Assembly (NCBI GenBank): GCA_900548955.1 | Contig: URMQ01000001.1 | Span: forward strand, 1-55,143 | Length of the DNA: 55,143 bases | Origin: an uncultured Eggerthella sp. | GTDB taxonomy: Bacteria > Actinomycetota > Coriobacteriia > Coriobacteriales > Eggerthellaceae | Direction of reading: 5' to 3' | Shown: piece after piece, positions 39,007-49,138 of the stretch | Numbering within the stretch: position 1 is the stretch's first letter | Layout: each line of letters starts with the position of its first letter | Notes under the pieces: model-generated | Databases searched by the model: none | Told to the model about the DNA's origin: nothing | The model's input: the letters and a program-made list of their open reading frames with translations, nothing else | Program-made: the position numbers and the translations under genes

Positions 39007-39948
39007 TTACTTTTCCAAAGCCTCAAACACCATTTGTTTACAAAGTTCTTCAAAGGTGATGCCCTGAACGCGAGCTGCATCGGGCAACAAAGATGTTGCG
39101 GTCATTCCTGGAAGAGTGTTCGTTTCAAGAACCCAGAATTTCCCTTGTTTATCCTGGATCACATCGGTTCTTGATACTCCTTCACATCCAAGTACTTTAT
39201 GAGCACGCAAGGCAAGTTCTTTAGCTTGCCTTGTTTCTTCTTCGCTCAATGGTGCAGGACAAATATGCTGCGACCCACCTTCTGTGTATTTCGACTCATA
39301 ATCATAAAATTCATTAACAGGAATAATTTTTATAACAGGTAAAGCTGTAGGGTTTTTCTGCCCTAATACGCCTACAGTAAATTCATTACCTGATACAAAT
39401 GACTCTACGAACGCAGAATTATCTACTGTAAATACCTTTTGAACTGCTTGAGTTACTTCTTCAACCGTGTTGCAGATATATACTCCAAGAGCACTTCCTT
39501 CTGTTGCGGCTTTTACTACACAGGGAAGTCCGACTGCTTCAATAATGCTCTCGCTAGCTATTTCCGAAGACTCTAACTTCATTGACTGAGGAGTTGGAAT
39601 TCCCGCTTCATTATAAAAATGCTTAGAAATAATTTTATTTGCTGCGGTAGCACTTGCCCATACACCAGATCCTGTATAGGGAATTTCAAGTGTTTCTAAA
39701 AATCCTTGAATTGTTCCGTCTTCTCCACCTTTTCCATGCAAAGCGAGAAAGGCAACGTCAAATTCTTCTGTTACTAATGTGCGTAAATCCTCTTTATTCG
39801 CAGGATCCAGCATTTCTACCATAAATCCAACGCTTTTTAATGCCTGTTCTACGCTTTTACCTGAAGACAGCGAAACTTCTCGTTCGCCGCTTTTTCCTCC
39901 AGCCAATAAAGCAACTTTTATTGAATTAGGCTCGAATTGAGAAGACAT
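39007..39948 (-). CDS. ddl: D-alanine--D-alanine ligase
   Basis: GGKSGEREVSL, LHGKGGEDGTIQG, FYDYESKY, ETNTLPGMT. Confidence 0.97.
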   Translation of the reverse strand: MSSQFEPNSIKVALLAGGKSGEREVSLSSGKSVEQALKSVGFMVEMLDPANKEDLRTLVTEEFDVAFLALHGKGGEDGTIQGFLETLEIPYTGSGVWASATAANKIISKHFYNEAGIPTPQSMKLESSEIASESIIEAVGLPCVVKAATEGSALGVYICNTVEEVTQAVQKVFTVDNSAFVESFVSGNEFTVGVLGQKNPTALPVIKIIPVNEFYDYESKYTEGGSQHICPAPLSEEETRQAKELALRAHKVLGCEGVSRTDVIQDKQGKFWVLETNTLPGMTATSLLPDAARVQGITFEELCKQMVFEALEK

Positions 39949-40085
39949 AACACTCTCTTTCGTAACAACTACAGTAGTACCTATAGTAGTATTTCTATTA
40001 GTCTTTCGTGAGTATATCAAAGTACTCACACACTGCTTTAAAGACCAACTAACATTTCGTAAATCTGCTTGCTTATAATAAACCT

Positions 40086-41159
40086 ATGAATACTTCAATT
40101 TACTCATATAACATTTCAGAAATTCAGAATCTTCTTTCTGAATTAAACCAACCGCGTTTTCGTTCAAAGCAGTTAATCACTTGGCTCTACAGAGACAATG
40201 CTTCTTCGTATGACCAAATGACTAATTTGCCCGCTTCCTTACGGAAACAACTTCAAGAACGCTATCCTTTAATTCCTTTATCGATAGTGGATAAGCAGGA
40301 ATCATATGATGGCACAAGAAAATATGTATTTGAATGTGCTGACGGTGTTCAAGTTGAAGCGGTAGGTATCCCTTCTTTGACTAAAAAAGATAAACGTAAC
40401 GAACCTAAACACCTTACTGTATGTTTTTCTACCCAAGCAGGATGCGCTATGCAGTGTGCGTTTTGTGCAACTGGCGAAGAAGGTCTTTCGAGAAATTTAT
40501 CTTCAGGCGAAATGATTGCTCAAATTCTTACTGTCCAAGAAGACTTTCAATGTCGTGTCTCCAATCTTGTTTCTATGGGACAGGGGGAACCTTTTCATAA
40601 TTACGACGCAGTTTTAGATGCGCTTCGTTTCGCAAATAGCAAAGACGGGCTAGAAATTGGCGCGCGCCATATTACTATTTCCAGCTGTGGCGTACTCCCT
40701 GGCATAGATAAACTATCTAATGAACCTGAACAATTTACTTTAGCTATTTCTCTTCATTCCGCTATTCAACACAAACGCGACATGCTAATGCCCCGATGCA
40801 CAAATATGCCACTTACCGCATTAAAAGATAGCTTGCTTAACTACATCTCCTCTACTGGACGACGAGTTAGTTTTGAGTATCTTTTAATTGACTCAGTAAA
40901 TGATACTCAAGAAGACCTCGCCGCGCTTATTTCATTTTGCCAAGGTATTCTCTGTCACATCAATTTGATTCCGATCAACCACATTGAAGGCAGCTCTTTT
41001 ACTCCAAGCTCAAAACAAACTCAAAAGCACTGGGTTCATGCTTTACAAGAAGCTGGAAAAGAATGCACTATCAGAAATTCAAGAGGATCAGATATTGATG
41101 GCGCTTGTGGTCAACTTAAAAACAAGATAAAAAAATCGGGGTCACAGAACGCTCTGTAA
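40086..41159 (+). CDS. rlmN: 23S rRNA m2A2503 / tRNA m2A37 radical-SAM methyltransferase
   Basis: CFSTQAGCAMQCAFCATG, MGQGEP, ISLH, RGSDIDGACGQL. Confidence 0.95.
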   Translation: MNTSIYSYNISEIQNLLSELNQPRFRSKQLITWLYRDNASSYDQMTNLPASLRKQLQERYPLIPLSIVDKQESYDGTRKYVFECADGVQVEAVGIPSLTKKDKRNEPKHLTVCFSTQAGCAMQCAFCATGEEGLSRNLSSGEMIAQILTVQEDFQCRVSNLVSMGQGEPFHNYDAVLDALRFANSKDGLEIGARHITISSCGVLPGIDKLSNEPEQFTLAISLHSAIQHKRDMLMPRCTNMPLTALKDSLLNYISSTGRRVSFEYLLIDSVNDTQEDLAALISFCQGILCHINLIPINHIEGSSFTPSSKQTQKHWVHALQEAGKECTIRNSRGSDIDGACGQLKNKIKKSGSQNAL

Positions 41160-41198
41160 GCCCCGATCTCAATCTTTCTCAAGTATGGGTTCGGTATT

Positions 41199-42566
41199 TT
41201 AACTATCGGCCTTCTGAGAGTCTTTTACAGCCGAATTTTCTGCAATGAGTCTTAAAATTCGCTCAAGTTCCTCTTCGTCTTTAAATTGAATTTCAATCTT
41301 ATTTTTTCCTTGGACAGTTTTAACTTTTACCGGAACTGAGAGGAAACGAGTTAAGCCACGTGCAGCTTTTTTGAAACTTGCAGGAGCTGGAATTCGCTTA
41401 CTGGATCCTTTTTCTTGAGCTTGAGCTCTACCAGATAACAAACGAGCAATTTGTTCCGTTTCACGAACGCTTAATTTCTCATTAATTAATTTATTAGTAA
41501 GAGTTTTACGACCTTCAGCATCAGGAATAGATAAAATTGCACGAGCATGTCCTGCGGTAATTTTTTCTTCAAAAAGTAGCTGCTGAGCTTCTTCAGGAAG
41601 ATCAAGCAAACGAAGGGCATTAGCGATAGTTGAACGACCCTTAGACACTGTCTGCGCAACTTCAGACTGGGTCATACCCTTACGTTCCATAAGGCGCTTA
41701 TAACCATACGCTTCTTCTATAGGGTTCAAATCACTACGCTGGATATTCTCAATAAGTGCAAGCTCTAAAGCTTTATCGTTATCAGCAGCCCAGAAACGTA
41801 CTGGAATCTCTTTCATGGAAAGACTCTTGCAAGCTTGCCAACGACGTTCACCAGCAATGATCTGATAATAATCTCCAACTTTTCTTACTAAGATCGGCTG
41901 AAGAAGACCCTCTTTTTTAATCGAATTAGCTAATTCTTCAATTTCTTCAGGCTTGAAATTAGTGCGTGGCTGATCTGGGTTAGGCTGTACCTTTTCCAGA
42001 GGCACAACACCAGTCGCACCTTTTTCATCTTTAGGTTTAGTATCTATAGGCGCAGGCTTTGCTGCAGGTACCTGCTTAGCAGATGGCTGATCTTTTACTA
42101 CACGATTACTTGCAGACGATACCGACGCTTTAATCCCTTGCAAACGGTTGTCTGCGATTTGTGAAGCAGAGACTCTTTGCGTAGAGTTATTAATAGCTTG
42201 TGAGCTTTTATGCTGGAAAAAGGACTTTGGTTTACGTTCCTGACGAGCAGACTCTTGAGTAGCTGTTTTTGGACGTGCTTCTCGAGAAACAACTTTTGCA
42301 TTCTCAAGGGCATCTTCAGAAATATAAATATCGGAAGATACTTTTGAAGATGACGTATTAGAAGAAACTGTTTTTGATGTTTCACGTGAAACATCAGTGT
42401 TTGCTTCTTTTTGAAGACTAGATTGTTTCTTCTTCTCTACCTCAGAATTAATCTCTTCTGATTTTGATACAGAAGTATTTGCGTAATTAGTTTGGGTTGG
42501 ATTTAATGAACTATCATCAAATAACGCATTTAATCCACGTCCTAATCCACTTTTTTGTTTAGCCAC
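41199..42566 (-). CDS. parB: Chromosome partitioning CTPase ParB with long N-terminal linker
   Basis: GLGRGLNAL, NPDQPR, LQPILVR, IAGERRWQA, ENIQRSDLNPIEEA, HTH, GHARA. Confidence 0.97.
   Translation of the reverse strand: MAKQKSGLGRGLNALFDDSSLNPTQTNYANTSVSKSEEINSEVEKKKQSSLQKEANTDVSRETSKTVSSNTSSSKVSSDIYISEDALENAKVVSREARPKTATQESARQERKPKSFFQHKSSQAINNSTQRVSASQIADNRLQGIKASVSSASNRVVKDQPSAKQVPAAKPAPIDTKPKDEKGATGVVPLEKVQPNPDQPRTNFKPEEIEELANSIKKEGLLQPILVRKVGDYYQIIAGERRWQACKSLSMKEIPVRFWAADNDKALELALIENIQRSDLNPIEEAYGYKRLMERKGMTQSEVAQTVSKGRSTIANALRLLDLPEEAQQLLFEEKITAGHARAILSIPDAEGRKTLTNKLINEKLSVRETEQIARLLSGRAQAQEKGSSKRIPAPASFKKAARGLTRFLSVPVKVKTVQGKNKIEIQFKDEEELERILRLIAENSAVKDSQKADS
42378..42393. promoter_or_regulatory. 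parS site (perfect) inside parB
   Basis: TGTTTCACGTGAAACA. Confidence 0.9.
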
Positions 42567-43650
42567 GGGCTATCACCTCTCGGGCAAGATTATTGTAAGC
42601 TTCGGTTCCTTTATTATCTGGAGCATATTCAATTATTGGTTGTCCATAACTTGGAGCTTCAGAAAGTTTAACGGTTCGAGGGATCATTGTATCGAACACC
42701 GTTTTACCGAAGAATGATCGCACTTCATTAACTACCTGATTAGATAAATTAGTACGAGAATCATACATAGTCATAACGATTCCGTAGATATCTAAACTAG
42801 GATTTAGCATCTTTTTGACACGATTCATTGAATCGAGAAGTTTTGTCACACCTTCAAGGGCGTAGAACTCACATTGAATAGGAACAAGGAGTTTATCTGC
42901 TGCTACTAAAGCATTAATAGTAAGTAGACCAAGAGAAGGGGGGCAATCAATGAGAATGTAGTCGTATCGTCCCCTTAAACCACCTAAAGCACTCTTTAAG
43001 CGGTTTTCACGAGCCATCTCATTTACTAATTCAACTTCAGCTCCTGCTAAATTAATTGTTGAAGGTAAGACGTCTACACCTTTTCCTACACACGCAAGAA
43101 TAACATCCTCAACGGGAGTTTCCCCTAGCAAAGCATCATAAACACACCCATCGAGTTCACGTTTATCAATACCATAACCGCTCGTGGCATTACCTTGAGG
43201 ATCTAAGTCAACTAAAAGAACTTCTTTATTCAGCGCGCCTAATGCTGCAGCTAAATTAACCGCGGTGGTTGATTTACCTACACCACCTTTTTGGTTAATG
43301 ATTGCAAGAATCTTTGTTTGACCAATACTGTGGGTTACAGGAGGTTTCTGTGAGAAAGGAACATAATGAGCCGTTACAACCTCTTCGTCTTCCTCTGCTC
43401 CTGTTGTTTGTTCATTAGAATCTAAAACTTCTTTAGATCTACTAATAACTTCATGAGAAACCTCTTCAACTGAAGTATTTGAAGGAGTTACAGAAGAACT
43501 ATCTATTTCTCGTTCAATTACTTGAGCTCGCTCATTAATTGCATCAAATTTTGTAGGTTGTTCTTCCTCAGGTAGCTCTTGAGATTTTGTTTCTGTTATA
43601 GGAGCCGTTGTTGCGTTTTTAATTTTTTTTCGGCTACTAAATAGTCCCAC
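42559..43650 (-). CDS. parA: Chromosome partitioning ATPase ParA/Soj with acidic N-terminal extension
   Basis: NQKGGVGKST, DLDPQGNAT, IDCPPSLG, EAPSYG; RBS GAGGAAAGGA before GTG at 43650. Confidence 0.97.
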   Translation of the reverse strand: MGLFSSRKKIKNATTAPITETKSQELPEEEQPTKFDAINERAQVIEREIDSSSVTPSNTSVEEVSHEVISRSKEVLDSNEQTTGAEEDEEVVTAHYVPFSQKPPVTHSIGQTKILAIINQKGGVGKSTTAVNLAAALGALNKEVLLVDLDPQGNATSGYGIDKRELDGCVYDALLGETPVEDVILACVGKGVDVLPSTINLAGAEVELVNEMARENRLKSALGGLRGRYDYILIDCPPSLGLLTINALVAADKLLVPIQCEFYALEGVTKLLDSMNRVKKMLNPSLDIYGIVMTMYDSRTNLSNQVVNEVRSFFGKTVFDTMIPRTVKLSEAPSYGQPIIEYAPDNKGTEAYNNLAREVIARG

Positions 43651-43691
43651 AAATGATCCTTTCCTCGATATTAGGTTCATTATATCTGATG

Positions 43692-43707
43692 TGTTTCACG
43701 TGAAACA
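43692..43707. promoter_or_regulatory. parS site (perfect)
   Basis: TGTTTCACGTGAAACA upstream of parA. Confidence 0.93.
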
Positions 43708-43864
43708 TCACTCATCTCTTTTAGTTAAAAATTTAAGTACTTTTTAAAGCCTTAGGCGATTCTTAAGCTCTTTTGAAATAAAACAGATAACAACGCTTAA
43801 GATTTCTCATCACAGGTAATAAATTCCAAAACAAGCAATTATCTTTCAAAAAAATAAAAAGAGA

Positions 43865-43880
43865 TGTTTCATGTGAAACA
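43865..43880. promoter_or_regulatory. parS site (1 mismatch)
   Basis: TGTTTCATGTGAAACA within the extended palindrome AAGAGA...TCTCTT. Confidence 0.88.
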
Positions 43881-44007
43881 TCTCTTGAACACTAATAACG
43901 AAGAATAAAGTGGGTCAGTAATTTCACTTAAAGAATACTACCACCACTATAAGGAATAAGGAATACCAGTATCTTCGCTAAATACGTATTAGGTGTTTAA
44001 AAAAACA

Positions 44008-44688
44008 TTAATAAGGTTTCTTCTGAGCTATTCCTACGCGACGAGGTAGGGTAACCAAAGGTTCATGGATCTTTTTAAACACAATAATAGATCGCTCAGT
44101 AACACCATCACTAAGTAACGTATCGCGTCGAGACATATATTCAAACCCTAATTTATCAGCAACGGACTTTGCATGCTTTAACTCATCATCAACATCTTGT
44201 GATTTATAGCAAACTAAATAGCCATTCTTCTGTAATAGAGGTGAGGATAATTCAAGAAGTGATGCAAGCGAAGAGAGAGCACGTGCAGAAATTACACTAA
44301 ACGATTCAGGGGAGATTAAAGAAAGTTCTTCGATGCGTCCATTATAGGTAGATACATGCGATGCAATATCTAATGTATCGATAATCCTATCAAGCGCTTT
44401 AGTTTTTTTACCTACCGAATCGGCAAGGACTGTCTCACGCTTAGTCATTATGGCAATAGGAATACCAGGAAATCCAGCACCAGTTCCCATATCAAGATAC
44501 TTTCCTGATGGAGCGGAGATGATTTCAGGTAATCCAACTAATGAATCTTCAATATGAAGAATCTGGGCACTATCCCAATCGATAATTCTTGTTAAGTTAG
44601 TTATTTTATTTTCTTTAATTACGAGCTGTAAATGCAAATCGAGCAGCTTACGCTGCTCGATCGAAGGTATAACCGTATTAGTATTCAT
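44008..44688 (-). CDS. rsmG: 16S rRNA m7G527 methyltransferase RsmG (GidB)
   Basis: NLTRI, HIEDSL, DMGTGAGFPGIP, SARAL, PRRVG. Confidence 0.96.
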   Translation of the reverse strand: MNTNTVIPSIEQRKLLDLHLQLVIKENKITNLTRIIDWDSAQILHIEDSLVGLPEIISAPSGKYLDMGTGAGFPGIPIAIMTKRETVLADSVGKKTKALDRIIDTLDIASHVSTYNGRIEELSLISPESFSVISARALSSLASLLELSSPLLQKNGYLVCYKSQDVDDELKHAKSVADKLGFEYMSRRDTLLSDGVTERSIIVFKKIHEPLVTLPRRVGIAQKKPY

Positions 44689-44703
44689 AAGACATCATAG
44701 AAT

Positions 44704-44719
44704 TGTTTCACGTGAAACA
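44704..44719. promoter_or_regulatory. parS site (perfect)
   Basis: TGTTTCACGTGAAACA between jag and rsmG. Confidence 0.93.
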
Positions 44720-45280
44720 CTATCGAGGAATTACCACAACACGACGAGCGCGTCCTTCGCCCTCTGAAACTGTTTCTACACGATTATCATCTCTTAAAGC
44801 AATGTGAACAAGGCGACGTTCATAAGGCGTCATTGGGCGTAATTTAACGCTACGATCCTGATTAAAAGCTCTATCGGCTGCATTGCGAGCAATATCTTCA
44901 ATCTTTTGACGCTGACGACCTTTGTAACCTTCAACATCAATAACAATAGGATAACGATGACCAATAGTACGTGAAGTTATTGAAGAGACAAGGAATTGTA
45001 AAGCATCAAGTGTACGACCATGACGACCGATAAGAACCGCTAAATCATCACCTGTGATATCAAGAATAAGTTCTCCTTCGTCACCTTCATATTCGTCGAT
45101 AGTAACTTCTCCAACATTAAAGTACTTAATAATATCTTTGATAGCAGCAATTGCAGTGTCCGCAATTTGATCTATCTCTTCGTCGGTATAAGTATGAACG
45201 TCTTCTTCGCTTTCATATTGATCATCATCTTCAAATTGATCATCTAATTCAATTTCATCAACAATTTCTTCTTCTGACAT
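44720..45280 (-). CDS. jag: Jag/KhpB (KH + R3H) RNA-binding protein
   Basis: LIGRHGRTLDALQ (KH), PMTPYERRLVH (R3H); position after yidC. Confidence 0.93.
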   Translation of the reverse strand: MSEEEIVDEIELDDQFEDDDQYESEEDVHTYTDEEIDQIADTAIAAIKDIIKYFNVGEVTIDEYEGDEGELILDITGDDLAVLIGRHGRTLDALQFLVSSITSRTIGHRYPIVIDVEGYKGRQRQKIEDIARNAADRAFNQDRSVKLRPMTPYERRLVHIALRDDNRVETVSEGEGRARRVVVIPR

Positions 45281-45412
45281 AAAAACCCCTTACATTCAAA
45301 TCTCCCCTTCACAAAGGAAGGGGAGGAGCCAACGAAATATATCAATGTAGTTAATAAGAAACGCAGTACTAACTATTATTACTGTAGCGAAAAACGCTAA
45401 TTGTAAATAAAA

Positions 45413-46186
45413 TTACTTGCTTTTCTTAGTAGGACGCTTTTTCTTAGTCTTACGAACAACATCAACCTCAACTGGTTTTGGAGTTTCATCGGCAGCTTCA
45501 ACCAATTCATCCTGACGCTTAAAGATTCGCGTAGAAATAACTTGCTGTAAAACACCAAATACTGAAGAGGTAGCCCAGAATAGCAATACGCCCGTAGGAG
45601 AAGTCCAACCAAGCCATAACATAAACAAAGACATAATACCCATCATGATCAGCATCTGATTCTTCTGGGGGTTATTAGTTCCGCGCTGCTGAAGAACTGA
45701 AGGAAGGAAGGTACAGAACGCAAACAGAAGCAGCAAAATACCATAAGGAAGGAACTCTATGAATCCCTGGCTAAATACGGTACTTGGAGAATTGATAAGA
45801 GAAGGAAGAATGTTATAGAAGGAATAAGTCATACCTTCCGTACGGCCACCCATCTCCTGGAGAACCTGGAACAGAGCAACAAAGATAGGCATCTGAATCA
45901 ATAAAGGAAGGCAACCGGTAATTGGATTAAAACCAATTTCTGCATATACCTTTTGCAGTTCTTCAGCTTGACGCTGCTGATCACCAGCATAGCGCTCCTG
46001 AATTTCACGCATTCGTGGCTGAAACTGCTGCATCTTATACGATGACTTAATTTGCTTTTGCATGAACGGGAACATGATGAAGCGAAGAATCAAAGTAACA
46101 ATGATAATCGCGAGACCCCAGTCACTTACAAAGTTGTAAAAAAACTGAATGCAAAAGAAGATGGCGTCTTTAAATGCCTCCCACAT
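45413..46186 (-). CDS. yidC: Membrane protein insertase YidC
   Basis: WGLAIIIVTLILR, GCLPLLIQMPIF, LLFWATSS. Confidence 0.96.
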   Translation of the reverse strand: MWEAFKDAIFFCIQFFYNFVSDWGLAIIIVTLILRFIMFPFMQKQIKSSYKMQQFQPRMREIQERYAGDQQRQAEELQKVYAEIGFNPITGCLPLLIQMPIFVALFQVLQEMGGRTEGMTYSFYNILPSLINSPSTVFSQGFIEFLPYGILLLLFAFCTFLPSVLQQRGTNNPQKNQMLIMMGIMSLFMLWLGWTSPTGVLLFWATSSVFGVLQQVISTRIFKRQDELVEAADETPKPVEVDVVRKTKKKRPTKKSK

Positions 46187-46210
46187 TTACATTAAATCCT
46201 CTCACTCGGT

Positions 46211-46495
46211 TTATTTCTTATTATTAATCCGAAAGTGAAATTCTTCCGGAACTGGATCGTATCCTCTACCGCCGCCAGGTCTACATCGTAATATTCTACG
46301 AATTGTAAGATATAAACCTTTTAAAAATCCAAATCTTTTTACCGCTGTTAAACCATACTCAGAACAAGTAGGAATAAAACGGCATGTTGCAGGTAATAAA
46401 GGTGAAATTCCTAATCTATAGAACTTAATTAACAAAATCAGAAGCTGTTGGGGGATAGCTTTAATAAATACAAGGACTTTTTTCATAGCTATCAT
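46211..46495 (-). CDS. yidD: Membrane protein insertion efficiency factor YidD
   Basis: [18 protein letters not shown]...RILRCRP...GYDPVP. Confidence 0.96.
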   Translation of the reverse strand: MIAMKKVLVFIKAIPQQLLILLIKFYRLGISPLLPATCRFIPTCSEYGLTAVKRFGFLKGLYLTIRRILRCRPGGGRGYDPVPEEFHFRINNKK

Positions 46496-46827
46496 GCCTT
46501 AACTTCGTATAAGTCAATAACCTTTCTACATGCTGAAAGCAGTTTAGTATATTCCGCTTGAGTAGTCTTTCTATTTGCAATAAAAAGAATAGTTAAATTT
46601 TGCCACGGACCACCAAGATCACGACAAACTGCTCTCATTCTGCGTTTTGCGGAGTTTCTCCAAACTGCATTACCGTTTTTCTTACCTGCAATAAAAGCAA
46701 CACGGCCACTAGGGCCGTGTTGAGTATCCCCTTGATAGACAATCATAGTCATAAAAGGAGTTGCATGTCGTTTTCCGTGCGAGAACAGGTAGGAGATCTC
46801 AGTGCTAGATTTAATAGTTCCTAACAC
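46492..46827 (-). CDS. rnpA: Ribonuclease P protein component
   Basis: [24 protein letters not shown] (RNR-motif variant); position between rpmH and yidD. Confidence 0.92.
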   Translation of the reverse strand: MLGTIKSSTEISYLFSHGKRHATPFMTMIVYQGDTQHGPSGRVAFIAGKKNGNAVWRNSAKRRMRAVCRDLGGPWQNLTILFIANRKTTQAEYTKLLSACRKVIDLYEVKA

Positions 46828-46844
46828 GGTATCTCACAAGAAAA

Positions 46845-46979
46845 CTAGACGGCAAGACGCTTACGGCCCTTAGCACGACGAGCAGAAAGAACAGCACGAC
46901 CGCTCTTTGTTGCCATACGAGCACGGAAACCATGAGTCTTTGCGCGCTTATGGGTATTAGGTTGATAGGTGCGCTTCAT
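46845..46979 (-). CDS. rpmH: 50S ribosomal protein L34, absent from ORF track
   Basis: [44 protein letters not shown]. Confidence 0.98.
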   Translation of the reverse strand: MKRTYQPNTHKRAKTHGFRARMATKSGRAVLSARRAKGRKRLAV

Positions 46980-47380
46980 TTACGTTTTCCTTTCAGATTT
47001 ACAGTAACTTTGAAATTGTACTTCATAGAAAATTTCAGTCAAGAAAACCATTAATAAAAAAGACTCTTTTTTAGTGTCACCACAGAACATACATGTATTT
47101 ATCGATATAAAGACCTAGTAAAAACAAGTAAGATCCTAATTTAAAGCCTAGTAAAACAGGTACGTTCCAAATAAAGATAACTAGAGCCTTAATTAAGATT
47201 GAGTAAAGACCAGATAAAGACTTCAATAAAATATTAATAAGGATCTCTATTAAGTACGAATTTCAAAATAAAAATTATGCTAAAAAATTGACTATATAAT
47301 TTATAAAGCTGGTTAAATACTGATATAAATACTGTCTTACTCTACGCTTTATCTAGAAAGTTTTCCTCTTGCATTCTCAG

Positions 47381-47424
47381 TTATCCACATTGTATTTATA
47401 CAGCAATGTGGATAATGTGGAAAA
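47381..47424. promoter_or_regulatory. DnaA-box cluster in the AT-rich region upstream of rpmH
   Basis: TTATCCACA 47381-47389, TGTGGATAA 47407-47415, TGTGGAAAA 47416-47424; a further TTTTCCACA at 47748-47756. Confidence 0.85.
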
Positions 47425-47931
47425 CTCACCTGGTGTTTTTGTAAAACAATTTAATAAAACCCACTAAGCATTAATTAGGTATTAGGCTTAAAAAAATAAA
47501 AGTATTTTACGTGAAACGCCTCTATTTATAAATATTAAAAATTATGAGCCTGACCTGGTATTTTAGTTATATACATAAAAGAGTTTTTGATGCAATACCC
47601 AATTTTTATGCACTAAGGCTTTAATTTATAAACTTCCTAATTTCTGTATCAAACGTTACCTCTTTTAACAAATTAACGAAGATGCTTTTCTAAGTTTTCC
47701 ATATTCACTTTTCAACTTTTTTCTTTTTTCTTCTACGTTTTTCAATGTTTTCCACATTTTCTTGAAAGAATGTTGAAAACTTCGAAAACATGTAGGAAAA
47801 AATAGTGAATAATTGAAAAAGTAGAAAGTCCTGACTAAAATAAAGAGGAAAAATGCTTAGTTTATTCATTGCATCGCATGAAAAACTGGGCAATTTTTCA
47901 TATTTCCTGGAAAACAAACCGAAAAAGTAGC

Positions 47932-49017
47932 ATGGCACCAGAAAATTCTCTACATATACATAATCAAGCAGATGTATCAAAAGATCCCATTGATACATCC
48001 TATGATAATGCTAAAGTGGAATATTCCTCAGCGGATTTACCGCCTTACGCTTATGTTCCTAATGGAGGAATTCCACCTCACCAAACATATGGTTACCCCT
48101 ATTACCCACTAATTCCTGAATACCAGCAAACACCCAATTATCAACAGGCTCCCGAATATAAGTATGGAGCTCATAATCCTCAAGCAATACCATCTGGTTA
48201 TCAGCCTATTACTCCTTATCCACAAGTAAACCCATACCCACAAGCAAGTAACCAGTTAGATACTGACCAGTCGAAAACTGTAGTAAAGAATACCTCCGAG
48301 GAGTTTGATTACACCTTTATCACTTCTCCAGCCCGCATAGCTATATACGACAATCTGAAATCTGCACCGCGGGTAATAGAAATAGAAGGTGCCCCAACCC
48401 ATGAATATATTGAACGGATAGCTTCTCTTACTTATAAAAGTGCAAAAGAAGAAGGTGGAATAATTCCTTATACCGTTATCAGAGAAGTGTCAGAAAACTT
48501 TATCCATGCTCGTTTCCAAGAAATAGTCGTATCTATCATGGATAAGGGAAACACTATTCGTTTTGCCGACCAAGGTCCTGGAATTAGTAATAAAAATCTT
48601 GTTCAAGAACCAGGTTTTTCTTCAGCAACAGAACCAATGAAACGCTACATTCGCGGAGTAGGGTCAGGTTTACCTATTGTTAAGGATTATCTTGATACTA
48701 CCCATGGTTATATAGAAATAGAAGATAACATTAACAGAGGTTCAGTAGTAACAATCAGCTTGGTTGCTTCGCGGAGCATTCACGATGATCTTCCAGAGTT
48801 AGAAATACCAGAACTTACGGAAAATGAAGAGCATATTCTCCAAGCATTATTACCTGACAAAACACTCGGTATTACCGAAATTAACCGCGAAACAGGAATT
48901 GCGGTAGCTAGTATCCATACAGCTTTAACCAAAATGGAAGGAAAAGGCTTAGTAGAAAAGGTGAATAAAAAAAGAAAGCTTACAGCTTTCGGTGAAAGAG
49001 TTGCACTTTCAAATTAA
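47932..49017 (+). CDS. GHKL (HATPase_c-like) ATP-binding protein with C-terminal winged helix
   Basis: N box IREVSENFIHA, G1 FADQGPGI, G2 GVGSGLPIV, G3 GSVVTI; C-terminal GITEINRETGIAVASIHTALTKMEGKGLV. The start is uncertain (47869 or 47932). Confidence 0.85.
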   Translation: MAPENSLHIHNQADVSKDPIDTSYDNAKVEYSSADLPPYAYVPNGGIPPHQTYGYPYYPLIPEYQQTPNYQQAPEYKYGAHNPQAIPSGYQPITPYPQVNPYPQASNQLDTDQSKTVVKNTSEEFDYTFITSPARIAIYDNLKSAPRVIEIEGAPTHEYIERIASLTYKSAKEEGGIIPYTVIREVSENFIHARFQEIVVSIMDKGNTIRFADQGPGISNKNLVQEPGFSSATEPMKRYIRGVGSGLPIVKDYLDTTHGYIEIEDNINRGSVVTISLVASRSIHDDLPELEIPELTENEEHILQALLPDKTLGITEINRETGIAVASIHTALTKMEGKGLVEKVNKKRKLTAFGERVALSN

Positions 49018-49138
49018 AACTTACTGTTTTTATTAACGTAAAACAGGTATTTTCATCTACTAAGATAAGAGTCTCTTTATAATAGAGACTCAATGAAGAC
49101 CGCAATATCCGTTACTACATAATCAAGGTACGTATTTT

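Noticed and set aside
39007..39948. Van-type D-Ala-D-Lac ligase
   Set aside because: The omega loop has YDYESKY as in D-Ala-D-Ala ligases, and no van cluster genes are nearby.
40086..41159. cfr-type resistance methyltransferase
   Set aside because: Core chromosomal position next to parB, no mobile context, and motifs consistent with housekeeping RlmN. A phylogeny would be needed to exclude it formally.
47705..47998. 97-aa minus-strand ORF near the origin
   Set aside because: Low-complexity Phe/Lys-rich translation of AT-rich regulatory DNA that overlaps the GHKL gene start.
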